Part shown: piece by piece, positions 23,969 through 32,000 of the stretch | Layout of the letters: the number at the start of each line of letters is the position of its first letter | Numbering within the stretch: the first letter of the stretch is position 1 | From: Desulfobulbus propionicus DSM 2032 | GTDB taxonomy: Bacteria; Desulfobacterota; Desulfobulbia; Desulfobulbales; Desulfobulbaceae | DNA length: 32,000 nucleotides | Assembly: GCF_000186885.1 (NCBI RefSeq) | Contig: NC_014972.1 | Span: 1,830,001 to 1,862,000 of the forward strand | Direction of reading: 5' to 3' | Made by a program: the position numbers and the translations under genes | Notes under the pieces: generated by a model | The model's database searches: none | What the model saw: the letters and a program-made list of their open reading frames with translations, nothing else | Told to the model about the DNA's origin: nothing

Positions 23969-25828
23969 ATGAGCATGCGATTGTTGAAAAAGTCCCGCCG
24001 GCCCGCCTATATGTTTTCCTCTCCCTGGCTCTTGGCCTCGGCCGCCGGTCTTCTCATCATGATCGTGGTCACGTTTGCCTTCCACAATCTTAGGCTCGAA
24101 GAGCGGTTGATGACCAATGCCATGCTGCAGAAGGCCTCGACCTTGATCCGGGTGCTCCATTCGGGGTCTCGGGCCTCCTATCTTAACGATCTGCGCAAGG
24201 ATACCTGGAACAACGAGGCGTGGACAACGCACGTCCAGCGGGTGATCGACCATCTGGCCGAAGATCCGGACCTGCGTTTTCTTTCCCTGGTCAACGAAAC
24301 CGGCCAAGTCATAGCCCATAGCGATCATACGCGGATTGGCGCTCTCGAACCCGTGCCGGAGAGCAACAGGTATCGGCATCCCGCCGACGATCAGCCGCAG
24401 CTCACCCACAGTGTCCGGGAAACCCGCGAGTATGGCCGCGTTTTCGAGACAATCCGCCAATTTTCTCCATCCTTTCCGGCGTTGCTGCCGATGCCCCTGC
24501 AACCGTTGCGGGAGGGGCTGAAAGGACCGTTTCTCCACCATCCCGAAGAGAGACGGCCGATGATGCGGCTGCTTCCCGAGGGGCTGCCCACGGGGGAGCG
24601 CTATTTCGTGGTGGTCGCCCTGGACATGAAGGAGTTTGATCGGACCCTGGGGCGGTTGCGGATGCAGATTTTCATGCTGTCGCTGGCCATGTTGCTTGTC
24701 GGCCTGGGCGGCTGGTTTTCCTTGTCAGCGGTCCAGGGATTTCGCGTCTCGCAGAAAACATTGGAAAACATCCAGGCGTTCACCTCGCTGCTGGTCGCCA
24801 AACTGCCGGTCGGTGTCATCGCCACCGATGCCACTGGTCGGATCACCACCTGGAACCAGACCATCGCCCACGTGACCGGCATCGACAAAACCGCAGCCAC
24901 CGGCAAACACCCGGAGGAGATCCTGCCCGAACCGTTGGCCGCCTTTTTTCTTCCAGGCGGTTCAGGGGCGGCTGAGCCAACCGCCACCGAAAAGGAAACC
25001 CTTGTCCGTCTTGCCTTCGGGCCCAGACGGTGCGAACTGCTCTGCCATCCGCTGACCATCAGCGACAGCGAACACCAGTATCTTGGCCGGGTGCTGCTGA
25101 TCTCGGATGTCACCGAGATCCGTTCGCTTGAACAGCGGATGCGGGAGAACGAACGCCTGGCCGCGGTGGGACGGATGGCCGGCGGGGTGGCCCATGAGGT
25201 CCGCAACCCCTTGAGTTCCATCAAAGGATTGGCTTTGCTGCTGAAAAATAAATTTCCTCTTGGCAGCAAGGAGCAGGATACCGCCGATCTGCTCATTCAG
25301 GAGACGGAACGGATGAACCGAACCATCACTGAGATGCTCAGCTTCACCCGGCCCTCGGCCCTCCACCTGGGCAGAGTCGATCTTGGCGCCTTGCTGGGGC
25401 GAAGTCTGGAGTTGATCAGGGCCGAGGCCGAGGAAAACGGCATCCGGAGCGTGCTGAACATCGGCCCGGATCTATGTCCGGTGCTGGGAGACGCCGACCG
25501 GTTGCAGCAGGTGGCCATGAATGTGCTGCTCAATGCCATGCAGGCCATGGAAGAGGGCGGAGAGCTGGTTGTGTCGCTGGCCAACAGAGACAACGGGCAA
25601 ACCGTGGAACTGCGCATCAGCGACACCGGTGCGGGTATCGATCCGGCCCTCCTGTCCCAGGTTTTTTATCCCTATTTCACCACCAAACAGGGGGGAACCG
25701 GCATTGGATTGGCTATCTGCCAGAAGATTGTCGCCGATCACGGCGGGACCATCGAATTGGAAAGCGAACCGGTCAAGGGGACGACGGTGATCGTCACCTT
25801 GCCGGCCTATCATCCTCCTCAAGGATGA
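23969..25828 (+). CDS. ZraS-like sensor histidine kinase (periplasmic sensor domain, extra cytoplasmic PAS, HisKA, HATPase_c)
   Basis: I prefer Met46 of track ORF 23834..25828 (MSMRLLKKSRRPAYMFSSPWLLASAAGLLIMIVV = TM1). The periplasmic segment ASTLIRVLHSGSRAS...FLSLVNETGQVIAHSD resembles E. coli ZraS as recalled. The H-box is AAVGRMAGGVAHEVRNPLSSIKG. The N, G1 and G2 boxes are LLNAMQAM, DTGAGI and GTGIGLAI. Confidence 0.86.
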   Translation: MSMRLLKKSRRPAYMFSSPWLLASAAGLLIMIVVTFAFHNLRLEERLMTNAMLQKASTLIRVLHSGSRASYLNDLRKDTWNNEAWTTHVQRVIDHLAEDPDLRFLSLVNETGQVIAHSDHTRIGALEPVPESNRYRHPADDQPQLTHSVRETREYGRVFETIRQFSPSFPALLPMPLQPLREGLKGPFLHHPEERRPMMRLLPEGLPTGERYFVVVALDMKEFDRTLGRLRMQIFMLSLAMLLVGLGGWFSLSAVQGFRVSQKTLENIQAFTSLLVAKLPVGVIATDATGRITTWNQTIAHVTGIDKTAATGKHPEEILPEPLAAFFLPGGSGAAEPTATEKETLVRLAFGPRRCELLCHPLTISDSEHQYLGRVLLISDVTEIRSLEQRMRENERLAAVGRMAGGVAHEVRNPLSSIKGLALLLKNKFPLGSKEQDTADLLIQETERMNRTITEMLSFTRPSALHLGRVDLGALLGRSLELIRAEAEENGIRSVLNIGPDLCPVLGDADRLQQVAMNVLLNAMQAMEEGGELVVSLANRDNGQTVELRISDTGAGIDPALLSQVFYPYFTTKQGGTGIGLAICQKIVADHGGTIELESEPVKGTTVIVTLPAYHPPQG

Positions 25829-25850
25829 GCGAACGGCTTGTTGTTCGCTC

Positions 25851-26042
25851 CTATCCTTGCGGGGTGATGAGGTGCTTGTCGAGAAACTCGCATTCGATCG
25901 GAGTGAGGTCAAATCGCAGTTCAGCTTGCTGAAGAATCGCCCGCCGCGTCTTTTCCGGATGTTCCGCCAAAGTTTCCGTCATCCAGACAAGCGCTTTTTT
26001 CAGTTTTGCCGACTTGACGTTCAACGGTGAGTGTTCGCTCAT
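25851..26042 (-). CDS. Hypothetical small protein (63 aa)
   Basis: This is internal Met61 of track ORF 25851..26222, with an AAGGAA SD about 7 nt upstream. The upstream part of the long ORF looks non-coding. I recognised no family. Confidence 0.4.
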   Translation of the reverse strand: MSEHSPLNVKSAKLKKALVWMTETLAEHPEKTRRAILQQAELRFDLTPIECEFLDKHLITPQG

Positions 26043-26233
26043 GGGCGTTTCCTTGTTTTTCTTTGATAACGGTTGCTTGTTGCCGGGGATGCGATTACAT
26101 TGTACCCATACCGGAGCAAGGGGGCAACCTTCATTGATGTCGCTTGCCTGCCGTGCCGCCGGCTCGACCAGTTCGACCGGGATGATCGATTGGTGAGAGC
26201 AGGACAGCAAAGGGAGTAACAACGGGAATCGCC

Positions 26234-26785
26234 ATGGAAAGTCTGGCAGGACATTTTCTTATTTCCACCCCGCAGATGCCTGATCCACGGTTTCAGGAAC
26301 AGGTGATCTACCTGTGCGCGCACAACGAGGAAGGAGCCATGGGGCTGGTGATCAACAATCCCAATCCCGAGATCACCATGGTCGATGTCCTCCACGGTTC
26401 CAATCTGTCCATCCCCGAAGGCCCGTTGCCGGCGGTGTACATGGGCGGCCCGGTGGAGGTCGATGCCGGGTTCATTCTCTATTCCACCGCGACGCCGGAC
26501 CGCTACTCGGTGGAGGTGAAGCCCGGAGTCTATCTGAGCCGCGATTCCCGTCTCTTGGAAGATATTTCCCTGGGTCAGGGGCCGCAATGCTATCTGTTCA
26601 TGCTCGGCTATGCCGGATGGGGTGCCGGTCAGCTGGAGAATGAACTGATGGACAACAGCTGGTTGACCGTTCCAGCGGACGTGGACGTGCTCTTCCATAC
26701 CCCGGATGACCAGAAATGGCGCAAGGCGGCCCAAATCTTCGGTATTGATATTTCAACCTTTGGGGATATCATCGGCTACGCCTGA
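26234..26785 (+). CDS. yqgE: YqgE/AlgH family protein (UPF0301)
   Basis: Family pattern: GHFLISTPQMPDPRFQEQVIYLCAHNEEGAMGLVINNP...GGPVE...GYAGWGAGQLENEL..NSWL. Confidence 0.86.
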   Translation: MESLAGHFLISTPQMPDPRFQEQVIYLCAHNEEGAMGLVINNPNPEITMVDVLHGSNLSIPEGPLPAVYMGGPVEVDAGFILYSTATPDRYSVEVKPGVYLSRDSRLLEDISLGQGPQCYLFMLGYAGWGAGQLENELMDNSWLTVPADVDVLFHTPDDQKWRKAAQIFGIDISTFGDIIGYA

Positions 26786-26825
26786 AGGCTGACTGTTCCT
26801 GCTTTTTCCCTTTCCTTCTGCCCCC

Positions 26826-26854
26826 GTCGGTTCACGAGAACCGACATTTTTTTT
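26826..26854 (+). terminator. Rho-independent terminator after yqgE
   Basis: GTCGGTTC acga GAACCGAC forms an 8-bp perfect stem with a 4-nt loop, followed by ATTTTTTTT. Confidence 0.6.
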
Positions 26855-26857
26855 GCC

Positions 26858-27286
26858 ATGAACGAGAACACCGTACCCGACGTTGCTGATATTTTTGTTT
26901 GTGCCCGCTGCGGCTTCTGCTGCCACGGGGAAACCACCGTCTCTCTCGACGAGCGCGATCAGGAGCGGATGATCAAGGCTTTGGGCCTGACCCGTGAACA
27001 GACCCAGGCGCGCTACTGGCGGGTCACCGGTTCGGTGGTGCAGATGCAGGTGCGCGACGGCCACTGCATTTTTTTCGACGACCAGGTTGGCTGCACGGTC
27101 CATGAGGGCCGCCCCTGGCGATGCCGGCAGTGGCCCCTGCACCCGAGCATGCTCGCCGACGAGGACAACTACCGCACGATCACCGACTCCTGCCCAGGAT
27201 TGAACAAAGAACTGAGTTACGAGCAGTTCTGTCGTATTTTTCAAGCTCTGCTCGATCTGGGAGAGGGGGGCAAGTTCAGCGGATGA
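26858..27286 (+). CDS. YkgJ-family (UPF0153) cysteine-cluster protein
   Basis: The N-terminal CxxCxxCC motif is CARCGFCCHG. Downstream Cys residues (CIFF..GCTVHE..PWRCRQWP) are typical of the family. Confidence 0.78.
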   Translation: MNENTVPDVADIFVCARCGFCCHGETTVSLDERDQERMIKALGLTREQTQARYWRVTGSVVQMQVRDGHCIFFDDQVGCTVHEGRPWRCRQWPLHPSMLADEDNYRTITDSCPGLNKELSYEQFCRIFQALLDLGEGGKFSG

Positions 27287-27750
27287 AGGTGCTCATCCCG
27301 TTCCTGGGCAAGACCAGGGAAACCTATCTCGATGCCGGTATCCGCGACTATGCCGGCCGGCTCGGCCGTTTTGCCACGGTGGATCTGCCGGTGCTCCGCG
27401 AACGCCACCACCGCAAGGAGCCGGACGAGGTGATCAAGGCGGCCGAAGCCGCACAGCTGATGGAACAGGCGGCGGCGGCCCCGCTGCGGGTGGCCCTTGA
27501 TCCCCAGGGCAAAATTCCGGATTCCGAAGAACTGGCCGCCCTGCTTACCCAATGGGAAGATCAGGGGATCGGCACGGTCTGTTTCCTGATTGGCGGCCAT
27601 CTTGGGCTGCACCGCCTAGTGCTTGATCAGGCGCACTTGACCCTGTCCCTCTCCCGTCTGACCTTTACCCACGAAATGACCCGCCTGATCCTGTTGGAAC
27701 AGCTCTACCGGGCCTGGACCATCAAGGCCGGCCACAAGTACCACAAATAA
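27283..27750 (+). CDS. rlmH: 23S rRNA (pseudouridine1915-N3)-methyltransferase RlmH (SPOUT)
   Basis: The start is Met55 of track ORF 27121..27750, with an ATGA overlap onto the ykgJ-family stop. Motifs are FLIGGHLGL and LSLSRLTFTHEMTRLILLEQLYRAWTI..GHKYHK. Confidence 0.88.
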   Translation: MKVLIPFLGKTRETYLDAGIRDYAGRLGRFATVDLPVLRERHHRKEPDEVIKAAEAAQLMEQAAAAPLRVALDPQGKIPDSEELAALLTQWEDQGIGTVCFLIGGHLGLHRLVLDQAHLTLSLSRLTFTHEMTRLILLEQLYRAWTIKAGHKYHK

Positions 27751-27889
27751 CCACCAAACGCACACTACTTCCCCTGTTTGATCCTCGCCTAACCAAACCA
27801 GCGGGCCTGCTGCACTTCTGACTTCATAAATCGCGCGCCCTGTGGTACTGATGGAACCCGACAAGGCATTTTTCGCAGAGGCAAGGACG

Positions 27890-28408
27890 ATGGCCAACAC
27901 AGCTCAACCGCAGGAAGAACAGGCACGGGACCATGCCTTGGTGGTCTTTTGTCCGTCGGTCGAAAGCCTGGCCCCCCTGGCCGAGATCCTGGCCACGATG
28001 CTGCATGCGGGCGACGTCCTTCTGCTCCACGGCGAGCTGGGAGCGGGGAAAACCACCCTGACCCAATGGCTCGCCCAGGCACTGGGCGTGGACGAGTCGC
28101 AGTATGTGGCCAGCCCTTCCTTTGCCCTGATGCACGAATACCAGGGGCGGCTGCCGATCTTTCACATGGATCTGTACCGGCTCCGCGACGAGGACGATGT
28201 CGAGGCCGCCGGATTGCTTGATTGTTTCGAGCGGCAGGGGCTGTGCATCGTCGAGTGGCCGGACCGCCTCGGCACCTTGACCCCGGATGAGCGGCTTGAT
28301 ATTCTGTTGCAGCCTGCGGACTCCGGGGCCCGACGGATTACCCTGACGCCGTGGGGATTCGACTGGAATCAACGCATCCAGCGGATCGCCGCGCGCCTGG
28401 CCGCCTAA
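27890..28408 (+). CDS. tsaE: tRNA threonylcarbamoyladenosine (t6A) biosynthesis ATPase TsaE
   Basis: The P-loop is LHGELGAGKTTL, followed by SPSFALMHEY and HMDLYRL. The start is uncertain. I chose the ATG at 27890 because GAGG lies 8 nt upstream. Alternatives are 27842 (GTG) and 27851 (ATG). Confidence 0.82.
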   Translation: MANTAQPQEEQARDHALVVFCPSVESLAPLAEILATMLHAGDVLLLHGELGAGKTTLTQWLAQALGVDESQYVASPSFALMHEYQGRLPIFHMDLYRLRDEDDVEAAGLLDCFERQGLCIVEWPDRLGTLTPDERLDILLQPADSGARRITLTPWGFDWNQRIQRIAARLAA

Positions 28409-28494
28409 CCACCCAACCCGATGCCGCGATCGGATGCGGCTACGTTGCACGCATCGGTTCCTGCTCGATTAATCACCCATTCACGCACGAGTTC

Positions 28495-30261
28495 ATGAAG
28501 AAAAGAATCATCACCCTGCAGCCCTGCAGGAAACAGTACACTTATGATCAAGACAAGGCCTGCTCTCCGGAGGAAACCGTGGCCCGGTTTCAGGAGCGGC
28601 TCAAGGCGACCAATCTCGACGTGCTCAAGGAGATCCGCCGCATTGACAACGGCCGCCTCGATATTCCGGTCTATTTCAGCATCTGCGGCGAGGATGCCCG
28701 GCGAATCATCGGCAACAAAAAGCAGATGGGCAAGGGCTCGACCCCCGAGCAGTCGCGGGCCAGCGCCTGCATGGAGCTGGGCGAGCGGTTCAGTTTTTTC
28801 AGTTTTCTCAAAGAGGAGACCAACTTCATCACCGGCGACTATGCCGCCATGGAAGCGTCCGGGTATCCGGTGCTCCCGATCGAGGTTCTGCTTGATTCGG
28901 TCCACGACACCACGCTCTCGCCCGAGATCCTGCGGGTCATGCTCGCTGATCTGCCGTTGCAGTGGACCTGGGCCCTGCGGCTGTCGGACAACCATCCGCT
29001 GCTCGTGCCTTTTTCCTGGTTCTACGCCATCAACGAGTTCAACGGCCCCTCGGCTGGCAACACCTATGAAGAGGCGGTCATCCAGGGAATCAGTGAGGTG
29101 GTCGAGCGTCATGTCTGCGCCCTGATCACCCGCGACCGCATCCCGACCCCGCAGATCGATCCGGCCTCGATTACCGATCCGGTGGCCCTGGAATTGCTGG
29201 CCAAATTCCGCAGATGCGGCATCGAGGTCTTTCTCAATGATTTCTCCCTCGACACCGGTATCCCCACCATCGGTGCCCTAGCCTGGGATCCTGCCACCTT
29301 TCCCGAGCAGAGCGAGATCGTCTACACCGCCGGCACCACTCCGGATGCCAACAAGGCCTTGATTCGCGCCCTGACCGAGGTGGCCCAACTGGCCGGCGAT
29401 TTCAACAGCGGTGCCAACTACGTGGCCAGCGGCCTGCCCAAGCCGCTCAGTTTGGACGAGGTGGGCCATGTGGTGGCCAGCGGCCTGACCACCCGCCTCG
29501 AAACGGTGGTGGATCTTAAAGACACGGACATCTTCCAGGAAGTGCGCAACTGCGTGGCCGCCCTGCAACGCAGCAACCTGGAGGTGCTGGTCATCGACAC
29601 CACCCATCCGGAATTGCGGATTCCCGCCATCTACACCATCATTCCCGGTGCTCACTTCCGTGAACGGGCCATGGGCGGCAACGCGGCCCTGTTCGCCGCC
29701 AAACTGGCCTCGGAGCTGCTCGCGGGCGACCGGCTGGACGCCAAGCTGAAGGCCATGCAGGGACTGCTGCCCGAGGCCTACTACCTCCATTTCTACCGGG
29801 GGCGTCACCTCTACGACCAGGGGCTGACCGATGGGGCCCTGGTCTGTTTCGACCAGGCCCTGCAACTGGAACCCCGCCAGGAAGACCTGCCCTATCTTTA
29901 CTCCTATAAAGGGTCCTGCCTGCGCGACCTGGGCCGCTACGACGCGGCGATTGCCGCGCTGGAACAGGGTCTTGGCTATGACGAGGAGCGGCCGGACATC
30001 TACAACACCCTCGGCGTCTGCTGCTACAAGATTGGCCGCTACGACCGGGCGGTCGACCATTTCCGGCGGGCGGTGGAGCTCAATCCGGCCTCGGCCATCG
30101 ACTACGCCAACCTGGCGCTCAATCTGGAGCATCTGGGCGAGCGCGAGCAGGCGATCTGCAACTACGAGATCGCCCTGTCCCAGGATACCTCCATCGCCTT
30201 TGCCGCCGAGCGTCTTGCCGGCCTGCTGGCGGAGGCGGCAAGCGGAGGGGAGCGCGCGTGA
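28495..30261 (+). CDS. YcaO-domain protein with C-terminal TPR repeats (stand-alone, non-TOMM-like architecture)
   Basis: The start is Met49 of track ORF 28351..30261 (MKKRIITLQ). The YcaO ATP-binding region is GPSAGNTYEEAVIQGISEVVERH, with MELGERFS upstream. The C-terminal ~150 aa contain TPR-like repeats (YYLHFYRGRHLYDQGLTDGALVCFDQALQLEP, YSYKGSCLRDLGRYDAAIAALEQGL, YNTLGVCCYKIGRYDRAVDHFRRAVELNP). Confidence 0.83.
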   Translation: MKKRIITLQPCRKQYTYDQDKACSPEETVARFQERLKATNLDVLKEIRRIDNGRLDIPVYFSICGEDARRIIGNKKQMGKGSTPEQSRASACMELGERFSFFSFLKEETNFITGDYAAMEASGYPVLPIEVLLDSVHDTTLSPEILRVMLADLPLQWTWALRLSDNHPLLVPFSWFYAINEFNGPSAGNTYEEAVIQGISEVVERHVCALITRDRIPTPQIDPASITDPVALELLAKFRRCGIEVFLNDFSLDTGIPTIGALAWDPATFPEQSEIVYTAGTTPDANKALIRALTEVAQLAGDFNSGANYVASGLPKPLSLDEVGHVVASGLTTRLETVVDLKDTDIFQEVRNCVAALQRSNLEVLVIDTTHPELRIPAIYTIIPGAHFRERAMGGNAALFAAKLASELLAGDRLDAKLKAMQGLLPEAYYLHFYRGRHLYDQGLTDGALVCFDQALQLEPRQEDLPYLYSYKGSCLRDLGRYDAAIAALEQGLGYDEERPDIYNTLGVCCYKIGRYDRAVDHFRRAVELNPASAIDYANLALNLEHLGEREQAICNYEIALSQDTSIAFAAERLAGLLAEAASGGERA

Positions 30262-31319
30262 AATCCCTGCCAGCCCATCCGCACAAAATTCTGGTCCGTT
30301 CCACCAACTGGATCGGCGACGCGGTGATGACCACGCCGGCGGTGCGCACCATCCGCGAAAATTTCCCGGACAGTGAGATCACCCTGCTGGTGCACCCCTG
30401 GGTCAGCGATGTCTTCCGCTACAGCCCCCGGGTCGATCGGTTGATCATCTATGACAAAAAAGGGCGGCACAAAGGGATACGGGGCATGCTGCAGTTGGCC
30501 GGCGAGCTGCGCCAGGAGCAGTTCGACTGCGCCATCCTGCTGCAAAACGCCTTCGAGGCGGCGCTGATCACCCTGATGGCCGGCATCCCGGTGCGCGCCG
30601 GCTACACCACCGACGGCCGGGGTCTGCTGCTCACCCACGGGGTGCATAAAATCACCGAACTCAACCGCAAACACGAGATCTACTACTACCAGCGGATCAT
30701 GCAGGGCTTGGGACTGAAACCCGCCGTCAACGAGCTGGAGCTGTTCATTCCCGGCGAGCAGATCGACGCGGCCAAGGAGCGGCTCGCGCAACGGGGCGGC
30801 GAACGATTGGGTGCGGGGCCGTTGCTCGGCTTCAACCCGGGTGCCGCCTTTGGCCCGGCCAAGCGCTGGCCGGCGGAGAAGTATGCCCAACTGGCACGGA
30901 CGATCTGCGACCGGCTCGATGGATGGATCCTGCTCTTCGGCAGCGAGGCTGACCGGCAGACGGCCGCCGACATCATCGCCCGCGCCGGCAGCGCCGCTTC
31001 GCGGATGATCGATCTCACCGGCGCCACCACCCTGATCGAAGCCATGGCCCTGATCGGCGAGTGCGACGTGTTCGTCACCAACGATTCCGGCCTGATGCAT
31101 GTGGCTGCCGCCCTCCACACCCCGCTGGTGGCCATCTTCGGCTCCACCGACCACATCGCCACCGGCCCCTATGCCGACAATGCGGTGGTGATCCGCAAAC
31201 CGTTGCCCTGCAGCCCCTGCAAGAAGACCCATTGTCCGGAAAAGCATTTCCGCTGCATGAAGCTGATCGACAGCGACGAGGTCTTCGCCGCGGTCGAGGG
31301 CATTCTCAAGGAGTCCTGA
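30258..31319 (+). CDS. waaF: ADP-heptose:LPS heptosyltransferase (GT9, heptosyltransferase II-like)
   Basis: It has a GTG start overlapping the ycaO stop (GTGA). GT9 pattern: ILVRSTNWIGDAVMTTPAVRTI, GAAFGPAKRWP, TNDSGLMHVAAAL. The I versus II assignment is tentative. Confidence 0.82.
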   Translation: MKSLPAHPHKILVRSTNWIGDAVMTTPAVRTIRENFPDSEITLLVHPWVSDVFRYSPRVDRLIIYDKKGRHKGIRGMLQLAGELRQEQFDCAILLQNAFEAALITLMAGIPVRAGYTTDGRGLLLTHGVHKITELNRKHEIYYYQRIMQGLGLKPAVNELELFIPGEQIDAAKERLAQRGGERLGAGPLLGFNPGAAFGPAKRWPAEKYAQLARTICDRLDGWILLFGSEADRQTAADIIARAGSAASRMIDLTGATTLIEAMALIGECDVFVTNDSGLMHVAAALHTPLVAIFGSTDHIATGPYADNAVVIRKPLPCSPCKKTHCPEKHFRCMKLIDSDEVFAAVEGILKES

Positions 31320-31942
31320 TGAGCGCCCCACCTTCCTCGCCGGGCGGTGTTTCCACTCGCCAGCCGGCGGTGTTTCTTGATCGCGACGGCACCATCAACG
31401 AGCAGATGGGCTACATCAACCACATCAGCCGTTTTCATCTCCTGCCGGGGGTGGGCCAGGCCATCCGCCGTCTCAATGAATATGGCCTGCCGGTGCTGGT
31501 GGTGACCAATCAGTCCGGGCTGGCGCGCGGCTACTTTCCCGAATCGCTGCTCGACGAGGTGCATGCGGAGATGCGCCGCCAACTCGCTTTACAGGGCGCG
31601 CACATCGACGGCCTCTACATCTGCCCCCACCATCCCGAGGCCAAGGAAGAACGGTTCCGGTTGACCTGCACTTGCCGTAAACCCCGAACGGGCTTGCTCG
31701 AACAGGCGGCGGCTGAAAGGCATCTCGATTTGCCGCGCTCCTATGTGGTCGGCGACCGCTGGTCGGATCTGCGTTGCGGGGCGGCGGTTGGGGCCACCAC
31801 CATCCTGGTGCTGACCGGCTACGGCCGCGGCGATGCCCAGTACATCGGCCCCACCCAAACGGTCCAGCCCGATTTTGTGGCCGAGGATCTGCAAACGGCG
31901 GTGCAATGGATTCTCGACCGGGAAAACAACAAGCAAGGGTGA
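31319..31942 (+). CDS. gmhB: D-glycero-beta-D-manno-heptose-1,7-bisphosphate 7-phosphatase (HAD family)
   Basis: The start is Met87 of track ORF 31061..31942 (TGATG overlap with waaF). The HAD motif I is FLDRDGTIN, followed by VTNQSG. The zinc motif is CPHHP...CTCRKP, followed by GDRWSD. Confidence 0.86.
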   Translation: MSAPPSSPGGVSTRQPAVFLDRDGTINEQMGYINHISRFHLLPGVGQAIRRLNEYGLPVLVVTNQSGLARGYFPESLLDEVHAEMRRQLALQGAHIDGLYICPHHPEAKEERFRLTCTCRKPRTGLLEQAAAERHLDLPRSYVVGDRWSDLRCGAAVGATTILVLTGYGRGDAQYIGPTQTVQPDFVAEDLQTAVQWILDRENNKQG

Positions 31943-32000
31943 ACCGTCAACGCGACGACCCCCTTTTTGATACGTCCACCAACTGAGGAGGAACAGGCTA

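Noticed and set aside
30162-31331. 389-aa ORF antisense to the heptosyltransferase gene
   Set aside because: It is a shadow ORF with no motifs, and the sense strand has GT9 signatures.
1-32000. Search by eye for CRISPR repeats, tRNA/rRNA genes, transposase/integrase genes, IS inverted repeats or prophage/defence islands
   Set aside because: I found none. All intergenic regions are short (<360 bp). No spaced direct repeats were seen. All large ORFs have housekeeping or hydrogenase-related assignments.

Overview
This is high-GC (about 60%+) bacterial chromosomal DNA with dense, mostly overlapping genes. I found no rRNA, tRNA, CRISPR array or mobile element. The centrepiece (about 2037-14563, all + strand) is a complete [FeFe]-hydrogenase supercluster. 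It runs: sigma70-like promoter with a perfect 20-bp palindrome, rex, hydC/hydB/hydA (a NuoE-like/NuoF-like/H-cluster trimer of the electron-bifurcating type), a 356-bp structured gap, an aspartate ammonia-lyase homologue, hydF, hydE carrying an extra C-terminal thioredoxin-like [2Fe-2S] domain, a sensory-type hydrogenase (HydS: degenerate H-cluster motifs, a Cx2Cx4Cx16C motif and a PAS domain), and a PP2C/SpoIIE-type phosphatase with an unassigned C-terminal domain. hydG, a partner kinase and an obvious phosphatase substrate are all absent from the window. Flanking content is as follows. Three tandem Hsp20 genes sit divergent from a hypothetical protein with two ribbon-helix-helix-like repeats. 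Next come a secreted DUF882/M15-type peptidase, hrpA, galU and priA. A ZraP-like/ZraS-like envelope-stress pair has a sigma54 -24/-12 promoter but no response regulator in the window. The remainder is yqgE, ykgJ-family, rlmH, tsaE, a stand-alone YcaO-TPR protein, and the heptose genes waaF-like and gmhB. All calls come from reading motifs in the supplied translations and the raw sequence. No database search was run, so family names are motif-level assignments.
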